Part shown: positions 35,095 to 44,425 of the stretch, one piece after another
Layout: each line of letters starts with the position of its first letter
How positions within the stretch are numbered: position 1 is the first letter of the stretch
IMG/VR virus record: IMGVR_UViG_3300006119_000827
Span: 1 to 52,949 of that record
DNA length: 52,949 bases
From: a virus
Taxonomy: Duplodnaviria > Caudoviricetes
Reading direction: 5' to 3' (one strand)
Program-made: the position numbers and the translations under genes
Notes under the pieces: generated by a model
Told to the model about the DNA's origin: nothing
Database searches by the model: none
The model's input: the letters and a program-made list of their open reading frames with translations, nothing else

Positions 35095-36668
35095 TGCACC
35101 CTCTTACGGCTACTCACTTGCATAACCCGGTCTTCAAAGAGCTCACCCAGCAAGGTGCTGGATTGTGGGACGATCAAGATCCTGTTCTCAGGATCTAATA
35201 TAAGCACATTCTCTCCCCATGGGACATAGATAAACTCACTATCCCCAACAATAAACGACGACTTCCACAAATATACCGGCGACGGTACCTGTGTATAACT
35301 TCCCTGCAACGCTTGGATCACACGTCGGGCGGCGATGTTGGCGGCGTTGCCACTCGTTATGACCGACCCTTTATTACCTACGAGGGTAAAACGGCGGCTC
35401 AGGAGAGTAGTCGATGGTGTTATGGTGAACGCCCGTGTCGCCAGGGTGAGCTTGCGGCTGGCCGTCAGAAGTGTCGTGCCTGGAACCTCAGTGTAAGACC
35501 CAGCGGCCGCAGCCATCTTGCGGGCGCGCACGAAAGTTCCGGCGTTACCTGTCTGGGTAAATGCGCCTGTGGCCAGATTGAATGTACGGACAACGTTTGC
35601 GACCCCCGACGCCGAGGCGGTGGGTTTAGCCAGTGTCGCAGCAAGCGTGCCCCGGACGCCTACTCTGCCAGTGATCGCAGCAGTAGGTTTGGCGAGCGTC
35701 GCAGAAAGCGTGCCGGTGGCCCCTGCCTTACCCGCGACCGAGGCGGTGGGCTTATCCAGTGTGGCAGCCAGCGTGCCCCGGACGCCTACTTTACCAGTGA
35801 TCGCAGCAGTAGGTTTGGCGAGCGTTGCGGCAAGTGTGCCAGTGACGCCTACAGTGCCCGTAAACGAGGCCGTGGGGTTGGCAAGCGTTGCAGCAGCCGT
35901 GCCGGTGACGCCGCCGACAGAAGCGACCGCACTGATAGTCCGGCGGCGTGGGTAGACCACGCCCGCAAAAGGCTCTTGGTAGAGCCGAGTTACCTCCGAT
36001 TGCGACAGCGCACGGTTGTAGATTCGGACGTTATCTATCGACCCGGTAAAGTTGTTGCCGGTGTTTGCGTTGTATTGGCCCCCTAACGTGACCGTGCTGG
36101 AAACCGTGGGGAGAGCGGTAGCTGTGCGAGTGCCTGCCAACCATCCGTTTCTATAAAGGCTCTGCAGTTTCGCTGAGTTGGTAGACCCAACAACAAAGAC
36201 TCTCTGCCCCGCGCTTATCGCGGAAATCGTGGGCTGGAGGTCGTCGCTAGAGTGGCCCCAACACAAATTGTTGTTATAAATATACGTGATATATTCAACA
36301 TCGGCCGTTGCGGCCCCACCGAGAGCAACCATAATCGAGGACAACGTCGGCATTGTGTCGATCGTAATCCAGCAGGCGATGGTGCAAGGGCCGCCGGTGA
36401 CGGCTTTGACCAGCGCGCCACTCGCGATTTGCGTTGCGTTAGTGAATTTAAGCCCGCGACCGTGCGCGCCACCGGGACCGTTCAGGCGAGACGTGTAGCC
36501 CGACGACAGCGTTAGGTTTTGCGCCGGATTTACCGCGCAGCGAACTTTTAAACCCCCCGGCTCGTTGCAGGGGTAGTAAGCAACCAACCCCTTATTGACT
36601 GAGTCCCCCCAATTAAGTTGGGGGTTTTCGGGGGTCGTAAGGAGTCGGAGCGTCCGACGATACGGCAT
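35091..36668 (-). CDS. LamG/concanavalin-like domain fibre protein with 21-aa repeats
   Basis: GLVAYYP.NE.GG, T...WI, LY.NG, F.GSIDNVRIYNRALS; repeats GTL.ATL.KPTA. Confidence 0.75.
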   Translation of the reverse strand: MPYRRTLRLLTTPENPQLNWGDSVNKGLVAYYPCNEPGGLKVRCAVNPAQNLTLSSGYTSRLNGPGGAHGRGLKFTNATQIASGALVKAVTGGPCTIACWITIDTMPTLSSIMVALGGAATADVEYITYIYNNNLCWGHSSDDLQPTISAISAGQRVFVVGSTNSAKLQSLYRNGWLAGTRTATALPTVSSTVTLGGQYNANTGNNFTGSIDNVRIYNRALSQSEVTRLYQEPFAGVVYPRRRTISAVASVGGVTGTAAATLANPTASFTGTVGVTGTLAATLAKPTAAITGKVGVRGTLAATLDKPTASVAGKAGATGTLSATLAKPTAAITGRVGVRGTLAATLAKPTASASGVANVVRTFNLATGAFTQTGNAGTFVRARKMAAAAGSYTEVPGTTLLTASRKLTLATRAFTITPSTTLLSRRFTLVGNKGSVITSGNAANIAARRVIQALQGSYTQVPSPVYLWKSSFIVGDSEFIYVPWGENVLILDPENRILIVPQSSTLLGELFEDRVMQVSSRKRVQ

Positions 36669-36679
36669 GGCCTACCGGC

Positions 36680-37168
36680 CTATTGGTTCGTAAAGGTGAT
36701 GCCCGTGAAGGACGCGCTACCCGTGGAGGCATCCAAAGCTTGTCCCGTGTAGTTCTGGATGACAAAGCCCCATTTGCGCGGCACCACGCCGCCGAACATC
36801 TGCGCGACGGACCAGACGCCACGATAGGTGGTGGAGATGGCCGGGCATGTGATGGTGTAAGGTCCTTTAAGGTTGGTGGGGCTGTCTAACGTTACCGCTG
36901 CGTTTGTGCCGACGTTTTCGGCCGAGGACGCGTTATAGGTGCTGCCGTCTTCCGATCCATAAACGTAGACGTAGCAGGACTTGTCGTTCGCCAGTGTGGA
37001 CGAGGACGTTTTGACCGTCACCGTCAGCAGCGCGTCGTCGTAGAGCGTGGTGGAATTGTCGATCACCGCGCACCCACGGCCAGCTGTCGCGGACGATGCC
37101 AGGCTCGTGATCGTGCAGGTGATCGCCGTCGTTGAGCCATAGGAAACGTTGTCAGTTGTCAGGGTCAT
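36680..37168 (-). CDS. virion structural protein (hypothetical)
   Basis: Thr/Ser-rich beta protein in the fibre cluster. Confidence 0.65.
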   Translation of the reverse strand: MTLTTDNVSYGSTTAITCTITSLASSATAGRGCAVIDNSTTLYDDALLTVTVKTSSSTLANDKSCYVYVYGSEDGSTYNASSAENVGTNAAVTLDSPTNLKGPYTITCPAISTTYRGVWSVAQMFGGVVPRKWGFVIQNYTGQALDASTGSASFTGITFTNQ

Positions 37169-37713
37169 TGCGCGAGCGCCCCCGTGATGTCAGCCGCCGA
37201 GATTTGGTTCGGCGCGTTGTCCACACCCATGAACACCTCCATCACCCGAGCATTGTATTCGGTAATCGGCGGCGCTGGGATCTTCATGACCTGCGCTTTG
37301 ACCGCCTGCACAGAGGCGTTGGACAGCACGCCCGCACTCTCGAGCGCCGCCATGCTGGCCTGCAAGGACTCCCAGGTGGACCCATCCGAAGTTGGGATGC
37401 TGGTCCACTTGTTCACCATCAGCATCAGGGACCATGCCGCCGATATGGCCGCATCGTTCGGCCCGCCAGTCGGCGCGGTGTTCGCAAGCTGGGAGATCTT
37501 GAACGCCTCGCCCGTGGGGACGATGATCGTTTCCAGCGTCGCGATACTGAGGTCCATTGGGACGGCGGGCGGCGGCTGGCCAGTGACCGTATAGGGCGTA
37601 TTGATCAAGGCGACTTGCTGATCGACGGACTGACCCGCATAGCCACGCGCAGCCGGATCGCTTGTGAGTTCCGCCTTCAACAGCTGAAGCATGGCTGGGG
37701 TCATATCCGTCAT
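37165..37713 (-). CDS. hypothetical protein of the fibre cluster
   Basis: LKAEL..DP..RGY; overlapping operon gene. Confidence 0.65.
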   Translation of the reverse strand: MTDMTPAMLQLLKAELTSDPAARGYAGQSVDQQVALINTPYTVTGQPPPAVPMDLSIATLETIIVPTGEAFKISQLANTAPTGGPNDAAISAAWSLMLMVNKWTSIPTSDGSTWESLQASMAALESAGVLSNASVQAVKAQVMKIPAPPITEYNARVMEVFMGVDNAPNQISAADITGALAQ

Positions 37714-37717
37714 CGAA

Positions 37718-38146
37718 TTAGGCCTCTTGAATGGTCGCGCTGGTGATGCTGACCGGCGATCCGTTGGCGATGCTGACCGTGTTCAGGTTCACCGAAGCAC
37801 CCGAGGTGCCAACATCGAGGTCCACCGTGCCAGCGCCACCCGCGCCCTGTGCCGCAGAGCGGACCCGCGCATATCCGGCGGTGAGCGTTCCCGCACCCGT
37901 GGCATTGGTGGTGGTGATCGCGTTGAAGGTGAACAGCGCCGGGCTTGCAGCGGTCCCCGAGCCGGATACCACGCCAGCGGTGGCCGACAGCGGCAACGAC
38001 ACAATCAGCGTGCCGGTCGCGGTCGTGCCCGTGTCAGTCGGCGCGGAGCCCGTGTAGATGTCCATGAACCCCGACGCGCCGATGGCGGTCAGAATGGCGT
38101 TGAGGCGTGTGACCTTCAACGAGCCGAGTAGATTGATTGTCGCCAT
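37718..38146 (-). CDS. virion structural protein
   Basis: IYTG..P, GT.AGYAR, D.DVG.SG...L....I..G..V.ITS; AGGAG SD. Confidence 0.7.
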   Translation of the reverse strand: MATINLLGSLKVTRLNAILTAIGASGFMDIYTGSAPTDTGTTATGTLIVSLPLSATAGVVSGSGTAASPALFTFNAITTTNATGAGTLTAGYARVRSAAQGAGGAGTVDLDVGTSGASVNLNTVSIANGSPVSITSATIQEA

Positions 38147-38183
38147 GTATTACTCCTGTTTGGTATGCCCGGTGGCGCAGGCT

Positions 38184-38223
38184 TTGGCGGCTTAGGTCTT
38201 GGCGGCTTAGGTCTTGGCGGCTT
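38184..38223. repeat. 15-bp tandem repeat TTGGCGGCTTAGGTC x2.7 spanning the fibre stop codon
   Basis: Read directly from the sequence. Confidence 0.85.
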
Positions 38224-39217
38224 CGAGGGTAGTTACCCGCGAGGTAAGTGCCTCAATCTTGGAAACCGCTTCCAGCAGCGCCGCCGTCAAAAGAGGTATG
38301 GCCTTGCTGAGATCTACCTGCTGGTAGACAGGGTTGCCTTCCGCATCGACGCCGTCTTTGGCCCCCGTAACCGCTTCCGGCACAACCAGCGCCAGTTCAT
38401 GCGCCAGGAAACCATCAACCGTGCCGATCTCAGGAATGCCGATCCATGTGTGTTGGATGGGCTTCGCCAGTTTCAAACGATTGATTGCCCCGGTCAGAGG
38501 CGTGACGTTTTCTTTGCGTCGGTAATCCGACCCCGTGTTGTAGGACACCGACGCGCTGTTCGTCGTGACGGTGGCAATGCCCCCACCCTGATAGCCGAAC
38601 AAGATCAGGCTTTGGTCGATCCGATCGACGCCTGTAAATATGGAAGTCCCTGCCGCCGTCTCGTGGGTCTTGAAAACCGCCGCATAGCCGCCGCCAGAAC
38701 CATATTTATCAATGTTCATGACCGTCCCAGAAGACGAGCTTTGATAAAAATAGTTTGCGGTCAGCGAGCCCGAAAAATTTCCCGCAGCCGCCACCAGGTT
38801 TCCAGTTACGTAGAAATTTCCGCTGTTGTCGGTGGTCCATCTAGTGCCCGAGGAACTATCATCCCACAAACCGAAAATGCCGGTCGAGGCCTGTAGGAAC
38901 AGATGTACTTTACGATTAGCGTTCCAGAACACCACGTCCTTTTCAGTGTCGTCGCCTGTGCCAACCGTGATCGTCGTGCCCGCACTAAGGGTCGTGCTGC
39001 CCGAAACCGAACCCGTAAATGTCCAAGCGCCCGTGCTCGTATTATACGCCAAGGGCAGTTCTTGGACGGCACCGGACCCGGAGGTGTCCCTACCCAAGAT
39101 CTTCCCAGCCGCCATTGTGATGGTGTGGGACGCGTTCCAGTTGGACGGCTGGACCATCGTCGTGTCCGTGCCATCGGATTTACCGGATACGAACGGGTGG
39201 GTAATCGCGATAGTCAT
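38207..39217 (-). CDS. tail fibre/spike with C-terminal intramolecular chaperone (peptidase S74)
   Basis: SDYRRKEN autocleavage motif, GFLAHEL..V.PEAV.G.KD, terminal coiled coil. Confidence 0.85.
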   Translation of the reverse strand: MTIAITHPFVSGKSDGTDTTMVQPSNWNASHTITMAAGKILGRDTSGSGAVQELPLAYNTSTGAWTFTGSVSGSTTLSAGTTITVGTGDDTEKDVVFWNANRKVHLFLQASTGIFGLWDDSSSGTRWTTDNSGNFYVTGNLVAAAGNFSGSLTANYFYQSSSSGTVMNIDKYGSGGGYAAVFKTHETAAGTSIFTGVDRIDQSLILFGYQGGGIATVTTNSASVSYNTGSDYRRKENVTPLTGAINRLKLAKPIQHTWIGIPEIGTVDGFLAHELALVVPEAVTGAKDGVDAEGNPVYQQVDLSKAIPLLTAALLEAVSKIEALTSRVTTLEAAKT

Positions 39218-39240
39218 TGTGCTGGACCCCCGTTACCTGC

Positions 39241-39657
39241 TTAGGTAACCGTGAAAATGCCGTTGGTGCCGTCGAAGGTGACCGCCAGGGATTCGGTGGT
39301 GTTCAGCGAGATTGCCGATCCGTAGTCCCACCACGAGATCAGCGGGTTTGCGGAAGTCGTCGCGTTGTAGAGCACGGCATACCGAAAGGGTCCGATGGAC
39401 CCACCAGAGGCGGTGAACGTGACATTGGTCCCGGTCACCTTGCCAACGCCGCCAGACGTGGAGTCCGTGATGGTCGTCGCGGTGCCGCCAGCCGTGTAGC
39501 CATTCCCAGCCGTAATCTCCGTGAGATCGGCCTTGACCGCGTTGGTCGCCACGGGGGCGGTATTGGTCAGCATCACGTTGAAGGTGTGCGCCGAGAAGTT
39601 ATGCTTCGCGTCAAGCAGGTCTTTGGTGAACTGGTTGAACTTGTTGTACGTCGCCAT
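39241..39657 (-). CDS. virion structural protein
   Basis: EI.AGNGYTAGG, FTASGG.IGPFRYAVLYN, DYGS. Confidence 0.75.
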   Translation of the reverse strand: MATYNKFNQFTKDLLDAKHNFSAHTFNVMLTNTAPVATNAVKADLTEITAGNGYTAGGTATTITDSTSGGVGKVTGTNVTFTASGGSIGPFRYAVLYNATTSANPLISWWDYGSAISLNTTESLAVTFDGTNGIFTVT

Positions 39658-39671
39658 AGCGAGCTATTCCT

Positions 39672-40268
39672 TTACCGTCGGCGCGAGCGGTTGAAGCTGG
39701 ATGGGAAAGACCAGGCCTGCGCCCGGTAGACGTTGGCGTGCTGGGCTTCGACTTTGGCTTGCGAGATCGCCCCCTGGAACCTCTTCAAGTGGTAGATCGC
39801 CAGCTGTTGGTTCGAATACGGCTTCGCCAACTGCGACATCATCCGACCCAGAACACCGTCGAGAAGGTCATTCCCGTATTTGTTCAAAATCCAAGCGGGA
39901 AATTCCGGGTACCCGTCGCGCGTAATCGGGTCCGTCACCGTCAAACCAACGGTTGCCGTCCAGGTATCCGCAATCGCGGGTGCTACAAGAAGATCTATCG
40001 TTCCCGGCGTGGACATGCCCGCGCCCTGCGGGTAACCGTTCGAGTCCACCAAATAAAGCAGCCGGTTGATAACGCCCATCGTCGGTGTGATGTCGTACGA
40101 AGTGATCGTCGAGACGACGGGAACCGTGATGTCCTCTTTCCAGCAATTCGAGTTCTGGAAGAACTCATTCATCACCGAGAAGAGTTCATACTGGATGGCC
40201 GTGTCCAATGCCCCCGGAAGCCGGATGCGGGCATTGTCCATAAGGCGGTTCATGTCCAGGCTGGCCAT
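39672..40268 (-). CDS. head-tail adaptor-like protein
   Basis: LPGA....I...L.....EF; G.L.RMM....KPYS; position after the capsid gene. Confidence 0.6.
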   Translation of the reverse strand: MASLDMNRLMDNARIRLPGALDTAIQYELFSVMNEFFQNSNCWKEDITVPVVSTITSYDITPTMGVINRLLYLVDSNGYPQGAGMSTPGTIDLLVAPAIADTWTATVGLTVTDPITRDGYPEFPAWILNKYGNDLLDGVLGRMMSQLAKPYSNQQLAIYHLKRFQGAISQAKVEAQHANVYRAQAWSFPSSFNRSRRR

Positions 40269-40278
40269 GCGTGCCCCG

Positions 40279-40635
40279 CTACGACTGGATAGTTAGGAGT
40301 TGCGAGACGAACTTGTTCAGGAACACCGCCGAGCGGGCATCCTGAGTGTTTTCCTCGTCGCGTAGCTGGGCCTGACCGCAGACGTAATAGAGAAGCGCCA
40401 CCCGGTACTGCGGATCATAGGTCACCGAAGCCGCCGTGCTGGTCGGGTCGTAGGTTGGGATCGACGTGCGAAACGTTGAAGCGACGAGATCAGGCCGCAG
40501 TCGGCGTGTCTCAAGCAGGCCCATATTCAGGGCTTGGACAAGCTCGGCGTCAGAATAGCGATACGCCCCTGAATACGTATCTTGCAGGAGCGTACGAGCG
40601 CCGTTGATGTAGTCCTGGACCGTATCAAGAGCCAT
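40279..40635 (-). CDS. head completion/adaptor protein
   Basis: AR.LLQD....RY.D.EL...LN.G......RPD. Confidence 0.65.
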   Translation of the reverse strand: MALDTVQDYINGARTLLQDTYSGAYRYSDAELVQALNMGLLETRRLRPDLVASTFRTSIPTYDPTSTAASVTYDPQYRVALLYYVCGQAQLRDEENTQDARSAVFLNKFVSQLLTIQS

Positions 40636-40656
40636 CGGTTACCTCGGCAGGTAACA

Positions 40657-40680
40657 GCCCCCCAGCTTTCACCGGGGGGC
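40657..40680 (-). terminator. GC hairpin downstream of the major capsid gene
   Basis: GCCCCCC-N10-GGGGGGC; weak U tract, so possibly leaky. Confidence 0.45.
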
Positions 40681-40695
40681 CATTGTTCAGCCTGG

Positions 40696-41733
40696 TTAGG
40701 CAGCCTTCGTGACGATGGCCTGCACCAGAGCGCGGTCGTCCAGGATCTGGTAGCCATAGACCTGGAGGCCACGGAGCACGGTGCCGAAAGTCAGCTCGGA
40801 ACGCAGGGTTTCCACCTTCGAGATCTGCGAGGCGAAAGTCAGCGCGTGAGCGTGACCCGCGTAGACCACGAACTCGCCAGAGGCGAGAGCCTGCGAGCCG
40901 TCCACACCGATGGACGAAGTCGCGCCCTTCGGCAGCAGGTTGCTGGTGTAGATCGTGAAGCGGTCGATCATACCCAGGCGGCCATTGCGCAGCACGGAGA
41001 CGCTGTCGCCCGTCAAATAGGCCTGACGGAGATCAGAGAACTTCAGCTGCGCCGCAGCCCACACCGGCAACACCACCCAACGGCCAGTCTCCGGGATGTT
41101 CTGCTCATCCAGGACGGTGCCCAGACGGATCAGAAGATCCAGGATTTCCACCTGACCCGTGGTCGGGCTGCGCGGAACCAGCGCCAGCGGGCCGGTGCTG
41201 GTGACACCGAGGTTGATGCTGCTGGTGATGTTCCCGGCGGTCGTGCCCTTGTTCTTGGTGTTCGCGCTACCAAGCAGGGTCGAGAGGACGTCGGTATCAA
41301 CAGCGATCTTCAGCTGCTCGGCTGCGTCGTCGGACCAGATCGACATCGCGTTCAGGTCGGACTGAACGTCCATCACATCGTCGAGGACAGTGTTAAAGTA
41401 CTTGCCCTTGTTGATGTAGAGCTCGACGTTCGAACCCTCGGGACGCTGCAACGCCAGCGTCGCGTCGGCGCTGTAGTTGTTGATGGTGATGGTCGGCTTC
41501 GTGCGGATCTTCACACGGTCGCCCTGGTTCTTGATCTCACCCTCGTAGTCGGTGTTGGAGATCGCGGCCAGAACGGTGGAAGCGTAGAACTTCTCCACGA
41601 GCTTGCCCGACCAAATCTCCGGGATGAAACCATTCGCCTGGAAGGCGTTGGCGGAGACGGTACCGGCACCAAGGCCGGAAGCGGGGAACGGAGAACCAGC
41701 AAGCGGATAGGCGGTACCCGAAATCTGCGTCAT
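40696..41733 (-). CDS. major capsid protein
   Basis: FIPEIWSGKL, NTDYEGEI...GD.V.I, LDEQN.P..GRW, G.IDRF..Y.SN, RGL.VYG. Confidence 0.9.
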   Translation of the reverse strand: MTQISGTAYPLAGSPFPASGLGAGTVSANAFQANGFIPEIWSGKLVEKFYASTVLAAISNTDYEGEIKNQGDRVKIRTKPTITINNYSADATLALQRPEGSNVELYINKGKYFNTVLDDVMDVQSDLNAMSIWSDDAAEQLKIAVDTDVLSTLLGSANTKNKGTTAGNITSSINLGVTSTGPLALVPRSPTTGQVEILDLLIRLGTVLDEQNIPETGRWVVLPVWAAAQLKFSDLRQAYLTGDSVSVLRNGRLGMIDRFTIYTSNLLPKGATSSIGVDGSQALASGEFVVYAGHAHALTFASQISKVETLRSELTFGTVLRGLQVYGYQILDDRALVQAIVTKAA

Positions 41734-41758
41734 TTGTGACTAAAACCTGAACGAGAGG

Positions 41759-42838
41759 TTAACTGCGAATGAGCCCCTCTCGATGCGCGTCGAAAATAGA
41801 CTGTTCGATGCGTGCCTTTTCGGCGTCCCGACCACGGAATTTTCCCATCCGTACGTCGCCGTAGAAGGCTTCGATCTGGGCTCGCGACCACTGGGGCTTC
41901 TCTGTGGGGGCATCCGCCGCCGCAGTCTTCGCTCTGCTGGGTGCCGCTAGACTCTCCAGCGGGATCTGAGCCTTACGCGGCTTAGGATCCGGCTGGCTCG
42001 CTACGGGAGCCACAGCAGCCTCTTCAGTAAGGAAGCCACTGAAGAAGGCCGCGACACGAGGAGCATTGTTCTGCTCGTACGCGTCCTTCAACATAGTATG
42101 CCTAATAACACCAGAATAAGGGTCTGGCAAGGACAACCAATCAATAAAGTTCTTATTCTCATTTAGTTCACGCCACTGGGGCATGTTCTGGTCAAGACTT
42201 TCCAGCATCCGGGTTCTATTGTCGGCAACTACGTGACCAGTAACGCCGGTCAACTTGGCCTGTAGATCCGCCAGCTTATTACGCAGATCCGCCACTTCCG
42301 GCAGGACTTCTTCTTTCGCGCGCTTGCCGACTACCGACAGGAACTCTTGCCCGTACTCGTTCTCTTCTTCCGGGGTCAGGAACTTGGTGGACGCGCTCGA
42401 ACCACTGAAGGGAGCCTTGGCCTGGCTCTGCTCCTGGAGAGTCGCAACCATGTTCTGGAGGTTTGCGACCTGCTCCGAAAGTATAGCCACCTGGGAGTTG
42501 GCGCGGTCAAACCGCCCCTTCATGGAGTTATACTTGTGCTCCCAGGTGCTATCGTTACCTGTCTGGGTAACCGACTCCTTGGGTTCCGGCTTGGAATCCT
42601 GGGTCGGGGTCGGGGTCTGGGTCTGACCCTGGTCGTTCTGGAAACTACGAGCGTCTAGCTCCGCAGGAATAGATTCCTGCGTGTTCTCCGTGGTGGGTTC
42701 GGCCTGGACCTCAGTTGTGGGTTTGGTATCGGCTTTGCCGTAGGCGGCATTGTGAACGAGGGTTGCTCGCTCAGAAGCAGCGCGTACAGCCGCCGGGATA
42801 TGGACGTTGGCATCGTCAATCGGGGTAGTTTGGGTCAT
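41759..42838 (-). CDS. putative scaffolding protein
   Basis: Disordered N-terminus, WEHKY.S.KGR, coiled coils; directly upstream of the capsid gene. Confidence 0.7.
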   Translation of the reverse strand: MTQTTPIDDANVHIPAAVRAASERATLVHNAAYGKADTKPTTEVQAEPTTENTQESIPAELDARSFQNDQGQTQTPTPTQDSKPEPKESVTQTGNDSTWEHKYNSMKGRFDRANSQVAILSEQVANLQNMVATLQEQSQAKAPFSGSSASTKFLTPEEENEYGQEFLSVVGKRAKEEVLPEVADLRNKLADLQAKLTGVTGHVVADNRTRMLESLDQNMPQWRELNENKNFIDWLSLPDPYSGVIRHTMLKDAYEQNNAPRVAAFFSGFLTEEAAVAPVASQPDPKPRKAQIPLESLAAPSRAKTAAADAPTEKPQWSRAQIEAFYGDVRMGKFRGRDAEKARIEQSIFDAHREGLIRS

Positions 42839-42882
42839 GTGTTTCCTTCAGCGGAGGGCGCGGCTGTTAGCGGCGTGCTCGG

Positions 42883-43125
42883 CTATTTCCGGGATTCCAG
42901 CTTGGCGGCGGTCGATGCGGCCCCATGCAGGATGGTCATCAGGTGACGAAGGGCTTGTGCCCGGCCCTGAAAGACTTGGAGGTGCTCAATTGTCGTGGTT
43001 ACGACAGCGTCTTTGGACGCTTCGGAATAGGCCCCGAGTTCGGCCAGAAAGGCTTGCCAATACTCGGGGGCTATCCTCGAAAGCGCTGCGGCTTTGATAG
43101 ACAATTGGTCGGTTGGCAGGGCCAC
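42883..43125 (-). CDS. small head-module protein
   Basis: QGRAQ.L motif; lies between portal and scaffold. Confidence 0.65.
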   Translation of the reverse strand: MALPTDQLSIKAAALSRIAPEYWQAFLAELGAYSEASKDAVVTTTIEHLQVFQGRAQALRHLMTILHGAASTAAKLESRK

Positions 43126-43358
43126 TACATACCCTTGGACATGGTGAACATGTTCAAGCCAAGCGAACCCAAGCCATTGGCATCAGCCGGGGTCTGCTTG
43201 GCATAGTTGTTCATCGACCGCTGAGCGGGGTCGCCCTTGGTGATGGTCGCCATGCTGTGACGCGTGGGGAGCATCTCGTGGGCGATCTGCTTGGCAGGCT
43301 TCCCCATCGCGTCAGCAGCTTTGGTGTTGGGCTTCAAAGCCATTACTTCGAAACCCAA
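43125..43358 (-). CDS. hypothetical small virion-module protein
   Basis: TAATG coupling to the next gene; the start may be internal. Confidence 0.55.
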   Translation of the reverse strand: MGFEVMALKPNTKAADAMGKPAKQIAHEMLPTRHSMATITKGDPAQRSMNNYAKQTPADANGLGSLGLNMFTMSKGM

Positions 43359-44071
43359 GCCGTGCTCGAGAAGCAGAAGTAGATACCCACGCTCGAGTTA
43401 GCCAACGAAGACGAACTGTTCGACACGCCGTTCATGGTCGAACCGCTCGGGCAGAACACGTTGATCGAGTTGCCACCGTTGTTGATCACAGCGATCTGCA
43501 AGCCAGGGGCAGACGCCGGAAGAACAACCGAAGCGCCCGCTGCACCCGCCGTGGTCACCTGGTTCATCATCGCGGTGAGCGGCGTGGCGTTCGCCTGACC
43601 ACCCGCCGAATACGCCGTCAGGCCCATGGTATAGGACTGCGTCTCCAAGCTGCCAGCAAAGCCGGTGCCCAGATTGGCGGCGTACCACGCGCCAGCGGTG
43701 TAGCAGGTGTAGATGACGATGGAGTTCACCATCTGCGACACGCCTGTCCCGTAGGCGACGCCGTTGATGGTGTCGGTGCCAGAGCCGAACACCTGCATCG
43801 GGTTTGCACCCGAATTATCGACGACGATGGTCAGTCCGGGAGCGCTGGCCGGAAGCAACACGCTCGCATTGGCGGCGGCAACCGTGGAGACGCGGTTCAT
43901 CTCGTAGGGGAGCGGGGTTGCGTTCGCCTGACCGCCAGACGCGTACGCGGTAAGGCCGTCCTGGGCGCTTTCGTAGAACAGGCCGTTCAGCGTGATCGTG
44001 GTGAAAGCCGGGTTCTGCAAATTCCCAGCGATGTCGCTGGGGTCAAGGTAACGACGAGGCAGTAGAGCCAT
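43343..44071 (-). CDS. two-repeat beta protein, possible capsid decoration
   Basis: Duplicated GLTAY..GGQANATPL...MN.V.T......SV.LPASAPGL.I.V.N.G.N...VF. Confidence 0.65.
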   Translation of the reverse strand: MALLPRRYLDPSDIAGNLQNPAFTTITLNGLFYESAQDGLTAYASGGQANATPLPYEMNRVSTVAAANASVLLPASAPGLTIVVDNSGANPMQVFGSGTDTINGVAYGTGVSQMVNSIVIYTCYTAGAWYAANLGTGFAGSLETQSYTMGLTAYSAGGQANATPLTAMMNQVTTAGAAGASVVLPASAPGLQIAVINNGGNSINVFCPSGSTMNGVSNSSSSLANSSVGIYFCFSSTAWVSK

Positions 44072-44100
44072 GGATGATTACTCCTGGAATTGGTTGAGGA

Positions 44101-44418
44101 TTAGCCCTTGCCGCTGGTCGTGCCGGGGACGGCCGTGTTGGCGGATTGCGGGCCGAACATCTTCGTGCTGCCGCCCTTGGCGAACTTGCCGCCGTCGCCA
44201 CTCTTGCCGAACGCAACATCGGGTGCGGACGGGCCTGCGGCCTGTTTGCCGAACATCTTGCCCGAGCCGCCCTTGGCGAACTTGCCGCCGTCGCCGCCCA
44301 TCCCAATCGAAACACCCGGCGAAGACGGACCGGCGTGCTGCGGGCCGAACATCTTCGTGGTACCGCCCTTGGCGAATACCTTCTGGGTAACCTTGTCTTT
44401 GTTGGCTGACACTTTCAT
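44101..44418 (-). CDS. basic Gly/Lys-rich protein with three FAKGG..KMFG repeats
   Basis: Internal repeats are visible at both DNA and protein level. Confidence 0.7.
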   Translation of the reverse strand: MKVSANKDKVTQKVFAKGGTTKMFGPQHAGPSSPGVSIGMGGDGGKFAKGGSGKMFGKQAAGPSAPDVAFGKSGDGGKFAKGGSTKMFGPQSANTAVPGTTSGKG

Positions 44419-44425
44419 CGACCCC

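Noticed and set aside
35091-39217. Diversity-generating retroelement or invertible fibre cassette
   Set aside because: No reverse transcriptase, template/variable repeat pair or invertase; the repeats are in-frame structural ones.
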